Translations under genes and position numbers: made by a program
Source of the DNA: Ferroglobus placidus DSM 10642
GTDB taxonomy: Archaea > Halobacteriota > Archaeoglobi > Archaeoglobales > Archaeoglobaceae
Assembly: GCF_000025505.1 (NCBI RefSeq)
Contig: NC_013849.1
Coordinates: forward strand, 1,890,001-1,922,000
Direction of reading: 5' to 3'
Length of the DNA: 32,000 bases
Notes under the pieces: model-generated
The model's database searches: none
What the model was told of the DNA's origin: nothing
The model's input: the letters and a program-made list of their open reading frames with translations, nothing else
In this document: one piece after another, positions 24,720-32,000 of the stretch
How positions within the stretch are numbered: position 1 is the first letter of the stretch
Layout: every line of letters starts with the position of its first letter

Positions 24720-25930
24720 GCCACCACCTCCTCAAATTCTTCGAGTCTCGGCTTTATTCTCACCGTCGTTTCGAGGTAATCCACCAAAGCTTCGGATGTC
24801 TTCAACCCATTCCCCGTCAAGTATATAACGACGACATCACTTTTATCAATTCTCCCCTCTTCGACCAACCTTTTCAATCCAGCAACGGTTACTCCTCCGG
24901 CAAGTTCGGTGAATATTCCTTCGGTCTTCGCAAGTAGCTTAACCGCTTCAATTACCTCTAAATCGCTGGGATCTTCAGCGTAACCACCGCTCTTTTCTAT
25001 TATCTCCTTAGCGAAGATTCCATCTGCCGGATTGCCTATTGCCAAGCTGTGGACGATTGTTTTAATCTCTCTTATAGGCGTTACCGGCTTCCCTTCCTTC
25101 ACAGCCCTAACTATCGGAAATCCCTCAGGCTGACATCCGTTGAATACGACATCTTTCTCATCTACGAGTCCGACCCTTATCAAGTCTTTGAAACCTCTGT
25201 GTATTGCGCAAAGCAAAGCTCCTGAAGCCATCGGCACAACCACTTGATCCGGAAGCTCCCACCCCAATCTTTCGGCAGTTTCGTAAGCCAACGTCTTACT
25301 CCCCTCGGCATAGTAGGGGCGGAGGTTTATGTTCACGAATCCCCAGTCCGGATGCTCCTCAGCAACTTCCGTTGCCAATCTGTTAGCGTCGTCGTAGGTG
25401 CCTTCCACTTCGATAACCTTAGCCCCGTGAACCAAAGCCTGTATTATCTTGTTCTTCTCAATTCCAGCAGGTACGAAGATGTATGCTGGCAATTTTGCCT
25501 TCGCAGCGTGAGCAGCCAAGCTTCCAGCCAGGTTGCCAGTAGAGGCGCAGCCGAGGGCTTTCATTCCAAACTCCTTAGCCTTCGTCACGGCAACGCTCAC
25601 AACTCTGTCTTTGAACGAGTAAGTTGGGTTCGTTGAGTCGTCTAACAGGTAGAGGTTTTTCAAGCCGAGGACTTCTCCGAGGTTTTCAGCTTTTATGAAC
25701 CTCGTGTATCCAGCCCCGAGATCCACAGGCTCAGCTTCAACGGGGAGAAAGTCCTTGTACCTCCAGAGAGTTTTCGGACCTTTTTCTATCTTTTCCTTGC
25801 TAACGTTTTCCTTAATCCACTCCCAGTCGTACACGACTTCTAAAGGACCAAAACAGTTATCGCAAGTGTACAAAGCTTCAGCCGGAAACTCCTTGCCGCA
25901 AATTCTGCACTTAAGCCCCACCACTTTCAT
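24716..25930 (-). CDS. thrC: Threonine synthase family PLP enzyme
   Basis: LKCRICGKEFP..ALYTCDNCFGPLEVVYDW zinc ribbon; NLYLLDDSTNPTYSFKDR PLP lysine; GCASTGNLAGSLAAHAAKA. Confidence 0.9.
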   Translation of the reverse strand: MKVVGLKCRICGKEFPAEALYTCDNCFGPLEVVYDWEWIKENVSKEKIEKGPKTLWRYKDFLPVEAEPVDLGAGYTRFIKAENLGEVLGLKNLYLLDDSTNPTYSFKDRVVSVAVTKAKEFGMKALGCASTGNLAGSLAAHAAKAKLPAYIFVPAGIEKNKIIQALVHGAKVIEVEGTYDDANRLATEVAEEHPDWGFVNINLRPYYAEGSKTLAYETAERLGWELPDQVVVPMASGALLCAIHRGFKDLIRVGLVDEKDVVFNGCQPEGFPIVRAVKEGKPVTPIREIKTIVHSLAIGNPADGIFAKEIIEKSGGYAEDPSDLEVIEAVKLLAKTEGIFTELAGGVTVAGLKRLVEEGRIDKSDVVVIYLTGNGLKTSEALVDYLETTVRIKPRLEEFEEVVA

Positions 25931-25993
25931 GTAACAGCGTTAACGGTAATATGTATATATAATTTTCTGTCAGTGTTAAATTACAAATAGTAA

Positions 25994-26374
25994 TTAAACG
26001 AAGATTACCTTTTCCGCCTCCATAAGCTGCTCAGCCAGTCCGCCAACTCTGTCGACCCAATCTGGAAGTTCCTCTTCCTTTATTCCGAGAACCTCCATGC
26101 TTCCGCTGCAAATTATAATTTCGAGGTTACCGAACTCCTTTCCGAGCTTAATCATCTCATCAAGAGTTTTAATTTTCCCCTCCTCCATACCCTTCCTTAT
26201 TTTTTCGTTCTTCTCCTCACTTCCGCAGTCGAATTTCCCTCTTACTATGGTTTCTATCGCCCAGTAGGTTAGAAAGACCTTCACCTTTTTGTCCAAAGCT
26301 GAATAAGTTGAGGCTATGCTGAAAGCGTGGTATATTCTGTCCCACTCACCGCTGTGAATTATTATGGAAATCAT
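25994..26374 (-). CDS. DsrE/DsrF-like family protein
   Basis: MISIIIHSGEWDRIYHAFSIASTYSALDKKVKVFLTYWAIE...EIIICSGSMEVLGIKEEEL. Confidence 0.75.
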   Translation of the reverse strand: MISIIIHSGEWDRIYHAFSIASTYSALDKKVKVFLTYWAIETIVRGKFDCGSEEKNEKIRKGMEEGKIKTLDEMIKLGKEFGNLEIIICSGSMEVLGIKEEELPDWVDRVGGLAEQLMEAEKVIFV

Positions 26375-26378
26375 GCTC

Positions 26379-26603
26379 TCACCTCTTAAGGATCAGTACG
26401 TATTTGTTTCCGTCGACGTAGGCTTTGACCAAATTCTTTCTGAACTCAGCTGCAACGCTTTCCGCTGACTTTTTTGAGGTGAATACAACTTTTAGAGTCT
26501 CACCTTCCCTAAGCTTGTTGAATTCCGCTCTCGTCTTTATCGCCGTTACTGGGCAAACTTCTCCGCTTAAATCCAAGATTTTGTCAGCTTCCATTCCCAT
26601 CAC
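26379..26603 (-). CDS. TusA/SirA-family sulfur carrier (CPVT variant)
   Basis: ILDLSGEVCPVTAIKTRAEFNKLREGETLKVVFTSKKSAESV. Confidence 0.87.
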   Translation of the reverse strand: MMGMEADKILDLSGEVCPVTAIKTRAEFNKLREGETLKVVFTSKKSAESVAAEFRKNLVKAYVDGNKYVLILKR

Positions 26604-27711
26604 CTACGAAGGGGTCTTCGAAAGAGGAAATTACCTCAAGGACCTCTTCTCTCATAAACTCGCACTTCATACCGCATATTAAACAGTTTCTGACGTAAGT
26701 TCCGCTGAATTCTTTTCCTTCGTGAGGACAAACGCTTTTGCTTATAACTCCGCATTTGTCGCAGCAGTGAAACTCTTTGAAAAACAGCGGCTTTATCTCC
26801 AAATCGTCATGCTCTTTCAACATTTCGTGAGCTTCGTAAGGTTTGTAATAGCTTCCAACTCCGGCGTGGTCTCTGCCGACTATGAAGTGCGTGCATCCAA
26901 AATTCTGTCTAACTATAGCGTGCAAAACAGCCTCTCTTGGACCAGCGTAACGCATTTCCGTCTTCCATATTCCGAGGAACACCCTATCCTTCGGATAGTA
27001 ATTTTCTATTAAGGCTTCGTAAGCCTTTATTATTACCTCGTCTTTGAAATCCCCCTTCTTCTTCCTTCCTATCACTGGATTTATAAATAGACCAGCGTTT
27101 CCTCCGGTAAAGGCTTCTACAGCCATCAGAGCTATTTTTTGAACGTATTCATGTCCCAAATGCGGAGCGTTTCTTGTTTGAAAGGCAACTACGTAATCCC
27201 ATCTTTTGAAAATTTCTCTCGTTTGCTCTGGCTTGAAATCGTAGCTTCTGAATCTGTTATCGATGCTTTCAATAAACCAGACTTTTCCTCCGAGGAGGGT
27301 GTCTTTCATCTCGTAAACTCTTCTAACTCCCGGATGCTCTATATCCGTTGTTTTAAAAACGCATCTTGCGTACTCTTTCTTATCGTAGCTGTAAACGTCT
27401 TCAACTTCGATAACGCCGACGATTTTTCCATCGCAAACTAAGGCGTAGCTTTCTCCTTCCTCTCCTTCCGCGTCGAGAACTATTGGAATCGTCCAGCTTA
27501 AGCCGTTGGAAAGCCTCCTCTCCCATAAAACGCTCTCGAAGTCTTCGCTGCACATGAAACCCTCCAAGGGGCTGTACACTCCAAAGCCTATGTTTTCAAC
27601 GTCCAAAGCAACCTCTCTCCTAACCTCTATTTTTTCGAGCTCCTTAGCCTCTTCTCTCAGTTTTTCGGTAGCTAACCTCTTTACGAGTTTTCCTCCGTGG
27701 GGCTTAATCAT
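26584..27711 (-). CDS. sat: Sulfate adenylyltransferase (ATP sulfurylase)
   Basis: VVAFQTRNAPHLGHEYVQK; GRDHAGVGSYYKPYEAHEM; C-terminal Cys cluster CCDKCGVISKSVCPH...CLICGMKC. Confidence 0.95.
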   Translation of the reverse strand: MIKPHGGKLVKRLATEKLREEAKELEKIEVRREVALDVENIGFGVYSPLEGFMCSEDFESVLWERRLSNGLSWTIPIVLDAEGEEGESYALVCDGKIVGVIEVEDVYSYDKKEYARCVFKTTDIEHPGVRRVYEMKDTLLGGKVWFIESIDNRFRSYDFKPEQTREIFKRWDYVVAFQTRNAPHLGHEYVQKIALMAVEAFTGGNAGLFINPVIGRKKKGDFKDEVIIKAYEALIENYYPKDRVFLGIWKTEMRYAGPREAVLHAIVRQNFGCTHFIVGRDHAGVGSYYKPYEAHEMLKEHDDLEIKPLFFKEFHCCDKCGVISKSVCPHEGKEFSGTYVRNCLICGMKCEFMREEVLEVISSFEDPFVGDGNGS

Positions 27712-28001
27712 CTTCTCACCACTATTCTTTTCTCTTCAACGACCTCTCCTTCGAAGAGGATTTGAAACACCATTTCTCTTCCATCCTTCCAAACTAAAAG
27801 CTCGTACCTCTGATCCCCCACGTGAGGAGGGAGGAGGAGCGTTATTGCTTTTGCCGGACATTCCTTTACGCACGCTGCGCAGTGCCAGCACTTGTCTGGA
27901 TAAGCAAGCTGAGGAAACTCGTTCATTTTTATAGCTGAAGACGGGCATATTTTCTCGCATTTTCCGCAAGAAATGCACTTTTCTCTGTAAATTTTTATCA
28001 C
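27708..28001 (-). CDS. AprB-like 2[4Fe-4S] ferredoxin subunit
   Basis: CISCGKCEKICPSSAI and CWHCAACVKECPAKAI; stop overlap with sat and AprA-like neighbours. Confidence 0.87.
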   Translation of the reverse strand: MIKIYREKCISCGKCEKICPSSAIKMNEFPQLAYPDKCWHCAACVKECPAKAITLLLPPHVGDQRYELLVWKDGREMVFQILFEGEVVEEKRIVVRR

Positions 28002-29545
28002 ACGTACTCCCTCCTGAAAGTCACCTTTTCCCCAAACTTCGAAACGAGCATGTAGTTCGAGTTGCTGAGCTCCGGATAATCGCTTCTCATCTGGAAGGGG
28101 GGCATTCTCGTTTCTTTTCTCTCTATCATGTGGTGAAGCATGGCTCTCGCAACAACGAGCCTGTCTCTCGTTTCAAAAACTCTGATCGGCTCCCCTCCAA
28201 GTTTCAAGCTTAAAAGCTTTTCTACCTCTTTTAAAGCGTAGCTTGCCGAAGCTTCGTTGTAAACGTAAAACCTCGGCAGTCCTCCGGCGTAGTGATCGAG
28301 AACGAACTTCATTCTCTCCTCAGCGTTCTTCCAATGATAACCGTCGAATTCGAACTGTAACTCCTTGGGAGTGTAATCGTTCGTCCTCTTTACTCTCGCA
28401 GCTTCTTTAGCGGCGATAATTCCTTCAGCTAAGGCTCCACCAACGTGTTTTAAGGGAACCCCTCCAGCAGCGTCTCCAGCAGCGAAGAGATACTTCACGC
28501 TCGTCATCCTCTTATCATCAACCCATATTCCAGCTATCGTATGAGAAGCTGTCAAATAAGGCTCGGAAGGCTGAACTTCGAGAAGCTTCTCCTTTAAATC
28601 AATCCCCCTCGCTTTTACGAAAAGGTAGAAGAGCGGCCAGGCGTTTAGATAGAGTTTTATCAGCTCATCGAACTTTTCCTCTTCAACACCCCTCGTATCG
28701 AGGTATATCGGAAAATTTCCTTCGAGAATTTCCTTGGTCGGAGCGTAAGCTCTTATCGCTATCGGAGCAGTCTCTCCACCGAACTCAGCGTACTTCTTTT
28801 TCATGAACTCTTCCCCCTTCGAATTTATCAGCGGAGCTTTCAAGCCAACGGCAGTAACACCTATAGGACTGTTCACGTCCTTTATTCTCGGAGGAATGAA
28901 CCTTATTTCCAAACTCGTCATCTCAGCTCCAGCTCTTATAGCCAAAGAGAAACCGCTTCCAGCGTTGCCGGGAGGATACCAAGGAACAGTGTAGTTGCTG
29001 TATAATCCGCTCGCCCCACCAGTGGCTATCAAAACGGCTTTTGCTTTAACGAAAACGAGGTCTTCGTTTTTTAAATCGAAGGCGTAAACTCCACAAACTC
29101 CGTCTTTCACTCCGAGCTCTACTGAGTAGTGGTATTCGAGTACGTTCTCTGTCGAATCTCTTGCTATGTCTGCGAGAATGGGCTTTATGTGCTCCCCGTA
29201 AATTTTTAACCCAAACCTCCCCTGCCTTTCCCACAGAATCGGCAGTCCGTATTTTTCCAAAATTTTTACAGCATTTCTAACTTCTTTTATCTGCGTCAAA
29301 GCGAGGTCTTTTCTTGCAAGACCCATCCCCTGAAATTTTACGAATTCGTAGTAATCCTCCGGTTTGTCTCCTTCGTGAAGGTAGGAATAAATAGCGTTAA
29401 CCCCCGGAGCCAGGCATCCGCTCCTTCTTATATTTGCTTTGTCTATTATTACGGACTCGATTCCTTCCTTACTTGCTTGGTAAGCTGCCAAACATCCGGC
29501 TGTGCCTCCACCTACTATGGCTAAGTCGGTGTTTATTACTTCCAT
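27998..29545 (-). CDS. AprA-like FAD-dependent adenylylsulfate reductase alpha subunit / fumarate reductase flavoprotein family
   Basis: DLAIVGGGTAGCLAAYQASKEGIESVIIDKANIRRSGCLAPGVNAI; YLFAAGDAAGGVPLKHVGGALAEG; sits directly before AprB-like and sat. Confidence 0.85.
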   Translation of the reverse strand: MEVINTDLAIVGGGTAGCLAAYQASKEGIESVIIDKANIRRSGCLAPGVNAIYSYLHEGDKPEDYYEFVKFQGMGLARKDLALTQIKEVRNAVKILEKYGLPILWERQGRFGLKIYGEHIKPILADIARDSTENVLEYHYSVELGVKDGVCGVYAFDLKNEDLVFVKAKAVLIATGGASGLYSNYTVPWYPPGNAGSGFSLAIRAGAEMTSLEIRFIPPRIKDVNSPIGVTAVGLKAPLINSKGEEFMKKKYAEFGGETAPIAIRAYAPTKEILEGNFPIYLDTRGVEEEKFDELIKLYLNAWPLFYLFVKARGIDLKEKLLEVQPSEPYLTASHTIAGIWVDDKRMTSVKYLFAAGDAAGGVPLKHVGGALAEGIIAAKEAARVKRTNDYTPKELQFEFDGYHWKNAEERMKFVLDHYAGGLPRFYVYNEASASYALKEVEKLLSLKLGGEPIRVFETRDRLVVARAMLHHMIERKETRMPPFQMRSDYPELSNSNYMLVSKFGEKVTFRREYV

Positions 29546-29778
29546 ATCCTTATCCTCCAGTAACCGTCTTCTTTCTTACTTTCAACTTTGTATCCTTTCT
29601 TTTCGAAAACTATCGGTAGATCTCTCGCCGATGGAGGATTGTCTGTTATTACCTCAAGCTTCGCACTACCTATCTTTTTCAAAGCGAGCTCTGTGAATAT
29701 CTGAGGGAAGGGGCACGTGTTTCCCCTAACGTCAAGCTCGTAAACGTCCTTTCCAATTTTTTTAAGCTTTAACTCCAT
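29536..29778 (-). CDS. TusA/SirA-family sulfur carrier (canonical CPFP)
   Basis: VYELDVRGNTCPFPQIFTELALKKIGSAKLEVITDNPPSARDLPI. Confidence 0.88.
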   Translation of the reverse strand: MELKLKKIGKDVYELDVRGNTCPFPQIFTELALKKIGSAKLEVITDNPPSARDLPIVFEKKGYKVESKKEDGYWRIRIWK

Positions 29779-29782
29779 ACGA

Positions 29783-31162
29783 TCACCTCGATATTAGCTT
29801 TTCGAACTCCTCAATAACCTCTTCAGCTGTCAAGCCAGTCTTATAAGGCTTCGACATTTTCAGCTTCGCAAAATCTCCGCCGATGTAGATGTCGTAACCT
29901 TGAACGACTTTTCCGTTCTTTCTTACCATTCTCGCAATAAATCCGAATTCGGCAACGTTAACGCAGCCGCAGTCGTTGTGGCAGCCGGAGACGTTTATTC
30001 TGATATCCTTCACTCCCTTCCTTTCGCAAACTTCTATCAATTTTCTCAAAAGATCCTTGGCGTGAACATCCCTCGTTTTCCCGCAGAAGTTCGAGGCACA
30101 GGCTATGGAGTTGTAGTATACTTGTCCTTCTCTTATCTCGAACGTCTTCTCAAGATCCCTCCTCAACTTTTCGACATCCTTAACATCCACAAACGTAACG
30201 TTCTGCTGAGGAGTTAGCCTTACCTCTCCTTCTCCGTGCTTGTCAGCCATGTCGGCTATGAATTCAAGCTTTTCAGCGTTGAGAACTCCGCCTATAATAG
30301 GCAGAGTGTAATAGTACAAGCCGTTAACCTGCTCGCCGCTTCCGTTGTGATCAGCATGTCTCAACTCAATTCCCTCAACTCTTTCAAGCTTCCCAATTTT
30401 TTCCTCTATCACGCTTCTAAGCTTCTCGATCCCCCAAGAATTTACGAGATTTTTGAATCTCGCTTTCGCTTTGCTCTCTCTGCTCGAATGGTCTCTGTGA
30501 ATTTCCACAACAGCCTTAACGAACTCGAAAACTTTCTCTTCCGGAACGAAAACACCGAGATTTTTAGCGAGAGTGGGTCCGGGATGGCTTGCCCCTATGC
30601 TTCCTCCTACGAAGGGAACGAAACCTCTTCTCCCGTCGAGCTCGACTCCGTACATTCCGAGATCGTTTATTCCGAGCCTTACGCAATCTCCTCCGCATCC
30701 GGTGAAAGCGATCTTGAACTTCCTCGGAAGATCTATGAACTCTGGATTTCCCGAGAAGAATTCCGTAAGCTCTTTTGCGTGCTTTGCAACGTCGAAATCG
30801 GAAATTTTTCCGCTTAGAGGGCAAGAAACTATATTTCTTACGTCACCATAGCAAGCTCCGCTGAATCCCTGCCCGCAGAGATCGGTCGTGTAGCCGAGAC
30901 TGTACAGCTCTTCAAAAATTTCCAAAGCTTTTTCGCTGTCTATCCAGTGGAGCTGAATATCCTGCCTGTCGGTTATTTCAGCGTAGCCTCTTCCGTACTT
31001 TCTCGAAAGCTTCGCTATCTCTCTAAGTTTGTCGCTCGTAATTTGCCCAGCCGGAATTTTTATCCTGAGAAAGTGCAATGATCCATTTCCGTTGTCTCTG
31101 CCCAAGGAGTACTTACCTATAAATTTCCCAATTTCGCCAAGCTCAATTTTGATCTCCATCAT
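29783..31162 (-). CDS. Siroheme/[4Fe-4S] sulfite (or nitrite) reductase family protein
   Basis: IPAGQITSDKLREIAKLSRKYGRGYAEITDRQDIQLHWI; ACASNFCGKTRDVHAKDL...INVSGCHNDCGCVNVAEFGF. Confidence 0.9.
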   Translation of the reverse strand: MMEIKIELGEIGKFIGKYSLGRDNGNGSLHFLRIKIPAGQITSDKLREIAKLSRKYGRGYAEITDRQDIQLHWIDSEKALEIFEELYSLGYTTDLCGQGFSGACYGDVRNIVSCPLSGKISDFDVAKHAKELTEFFSGNPEFIDLPRKFKIAFTGCGGDCVRLGINDLGMYGVELDGRRGFVPFVGGSIGASHPGPTLAKNLGVFVPEEKVFEFVKAVVEIHRDHSSRESKAKARFKNLVNSWGIEKLRSVIEEKIGKLERVEGIELRHADHNGSGEQVNGLYYYTLPIIGGVLNAEKLEFIADMADKHGEGEVRLTPQQNVTFVDVKDVEKLRRDLEKTFEIREGQVYYNSIACASNFCGKTRDVHAKDLLRKLIEVCERKGVKDIRINVSGCHNDCGCVNVAEFGFIARMVRKNGKVVQGYDIYIGGDFAKLKMSKPYKTGLTAEEVIEEFEKLISR

Positions 31163-31195
31163 TTGAAAGTTTTTTCAAATTACGATATATAAAGT

Positions 31196-31208
31196 TAACG
31201 GCGTTAAC
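31196..31208. promoter_or_regulatory. Near-perfect palindrome AGTTAAC-GGC-GTTAACT (31193-31209) next to a TATATA box; core TAACGGCGTTAAC
   Basis: The inverted repeat arms are complementary. It lies just upstream of the TTTATATA element (minus strand) preceding the sulfite reductase gene. A similar core is at 25932-25944. Confidence 0.45.
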
Positions 31209-31258
31209 TATTAATATCATAACGTATGAAGAAAATTAAAAGTAAACAGTGTTAAGTG

Positions 31259-32000
31259 ATGGGGATGGAGTTCGCTCTAATCGGCTTCGTCGTCGGTTTG
31301 CTTGTGGGATTAACAGGAATAGGCGGAGGAGCGCTGATGACGCCGGTGCTTCTTTTTCTCGGAATACCGATAGAGAAAGCGATAGGCACGGATTTGCTAT
31401 ACTCCTTCTCAGTTAAATCTTTCTCGTCCGCTTTGTATAAAAAAGGAAGGAGCGTTGATGGGACGTTGATAAAGTTAACATCCCCTTCCGGAATACTTGG
31501 AGTCTTCTTCGGCTATTTGCTGCTGAAAGCTGGTGTCGTTGATAGAAAAGTTCTCACCACGATTCTCGGAGCAACGCTCTTCTCAGTAGCTTTGCTAATG
31601 ATACTTTCAAGTGCGAGAAGGAGGTTCAAGACCGAATGTTTGATATGCGAAAGGTACTGCGAAAGATTTGAAGAAGGAAATGGGAAAAAGGCGATTATAG
31701 CAGTTATAGCCTTTTTAGTTGGGATTCTCGTCGAACTAACTTCCATTGGAAGCGGAACGCTGCTAACGTTTGCGATAATTTCTGTGACTAACCTAAAGCC
31801 GAACAAGATAGTGGGCTCGGATTTGATTACCTCCCTCTTCCTCACCGGAGTAGCTTCAGCTCTCCACGCAGACCTCGGAAATATAGATTTTGTTTTAGCG
31901 AGCCATTTAATTCCCTCCGGAATCCTCGGAGCCGCTATCGGCTATCAGCTGTCTAAGAAGTGCTCTCCGGAAATGTTGAAGTCTGCTATTTCAGCTTGCG
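31259..32000 (+). CDS. TauE/SafE-family membrane permease (sulfite/organosulfonate exporter-like), truncated by window end
   Basis: Frame open to the window end (not in the supplied track): MGMEFALIGFVVGLLVGLTGIGGGALMTPVLLFLGIPIEKAIGTDLLYSFSVKSFSSALYKKGRSVDGTLIKL...IGSGTLLTFAIISVTNLKPNKIVGSDLITSLFLTGVASALH. Confidence 0.9.
   Translation, partial: MGMEFALIGFVVGLLVGLTGIGGGALMTPVLLFLGIPIEKAIGTDLLYSFSVKSFSSALYKKGRSVDGTLIKLTSPSGILGVFFGYLLLKAGVVDRKVLTTILGATLFSVALLMILSSARRRFKTECLICERYCERFEEGNGKKAIIAVIAFLVGILVELTSIGSGTLLTFAIISVTNLKPNKIVGSDLITSLFLTGVASALHADLGNIDFVLASHLIPSGILGAAIGYQLSKKCSPEMLKSAISAC

Noticed and set aside
1-32000. CRISPR array or long tandem repeats
   Set aside because: No regularly spaced direct repeats were seen. 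The only clear repeat pairs are in hsdS and short promoter or operator elements.

Overview
Archaeal chromosomal window. Gene content looks Archaeoglobales-like; I tentatively think of Ferroglobus, but this is unverified. The left flank has the C-terminus of glycerol-1-phosphate dehydrogenase, a Cys-rich protein, a DUF89 protein and gyrB. The centre (about 3.93-15.2 kb) is a tightly packed, co-directional defence operon. Its order is hsdM, DUF104-type antitoxin, a full-length 782-aa PfAgo-like Argonaute, MNT nucleotidyltransferase, HEPN, small membrane protein, hsdS, HEPN-like/membrane protein, hsdR (possibly split by an in-frame stop), and a YgjP/DUF45-like metallopeptidase. The Argonaute lying inside a type I restriction-modification operon together with toxin-antitoxin-like genes is the main discovery candidate. 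The right part holds housekeeping genes (YlbF-like, HPS-RraA fusion, SixA, riboflavin synthase, class V aminotransferase, DUF2284). It also holds several decayed genes (SWIM zinc finger, PAS domain, transposase) and a strong candidate C/D-box sRNA at about 20.83-20.89 kb. A secreted lipoprotein/coiled-coil gene pair follows. After it is a sulfur-assimilation/sulfur-carrier cluster: three TusA paralogues, ThiF/MoeB, MoaD/ThiS-like, ThrC, DsrE-like, Sat, AprB-like, AprA-like and sulfite reductase. The window ends in a TauE/SafE-like gene. Family assignments come from recognising motifs by eye; no database searches were run.
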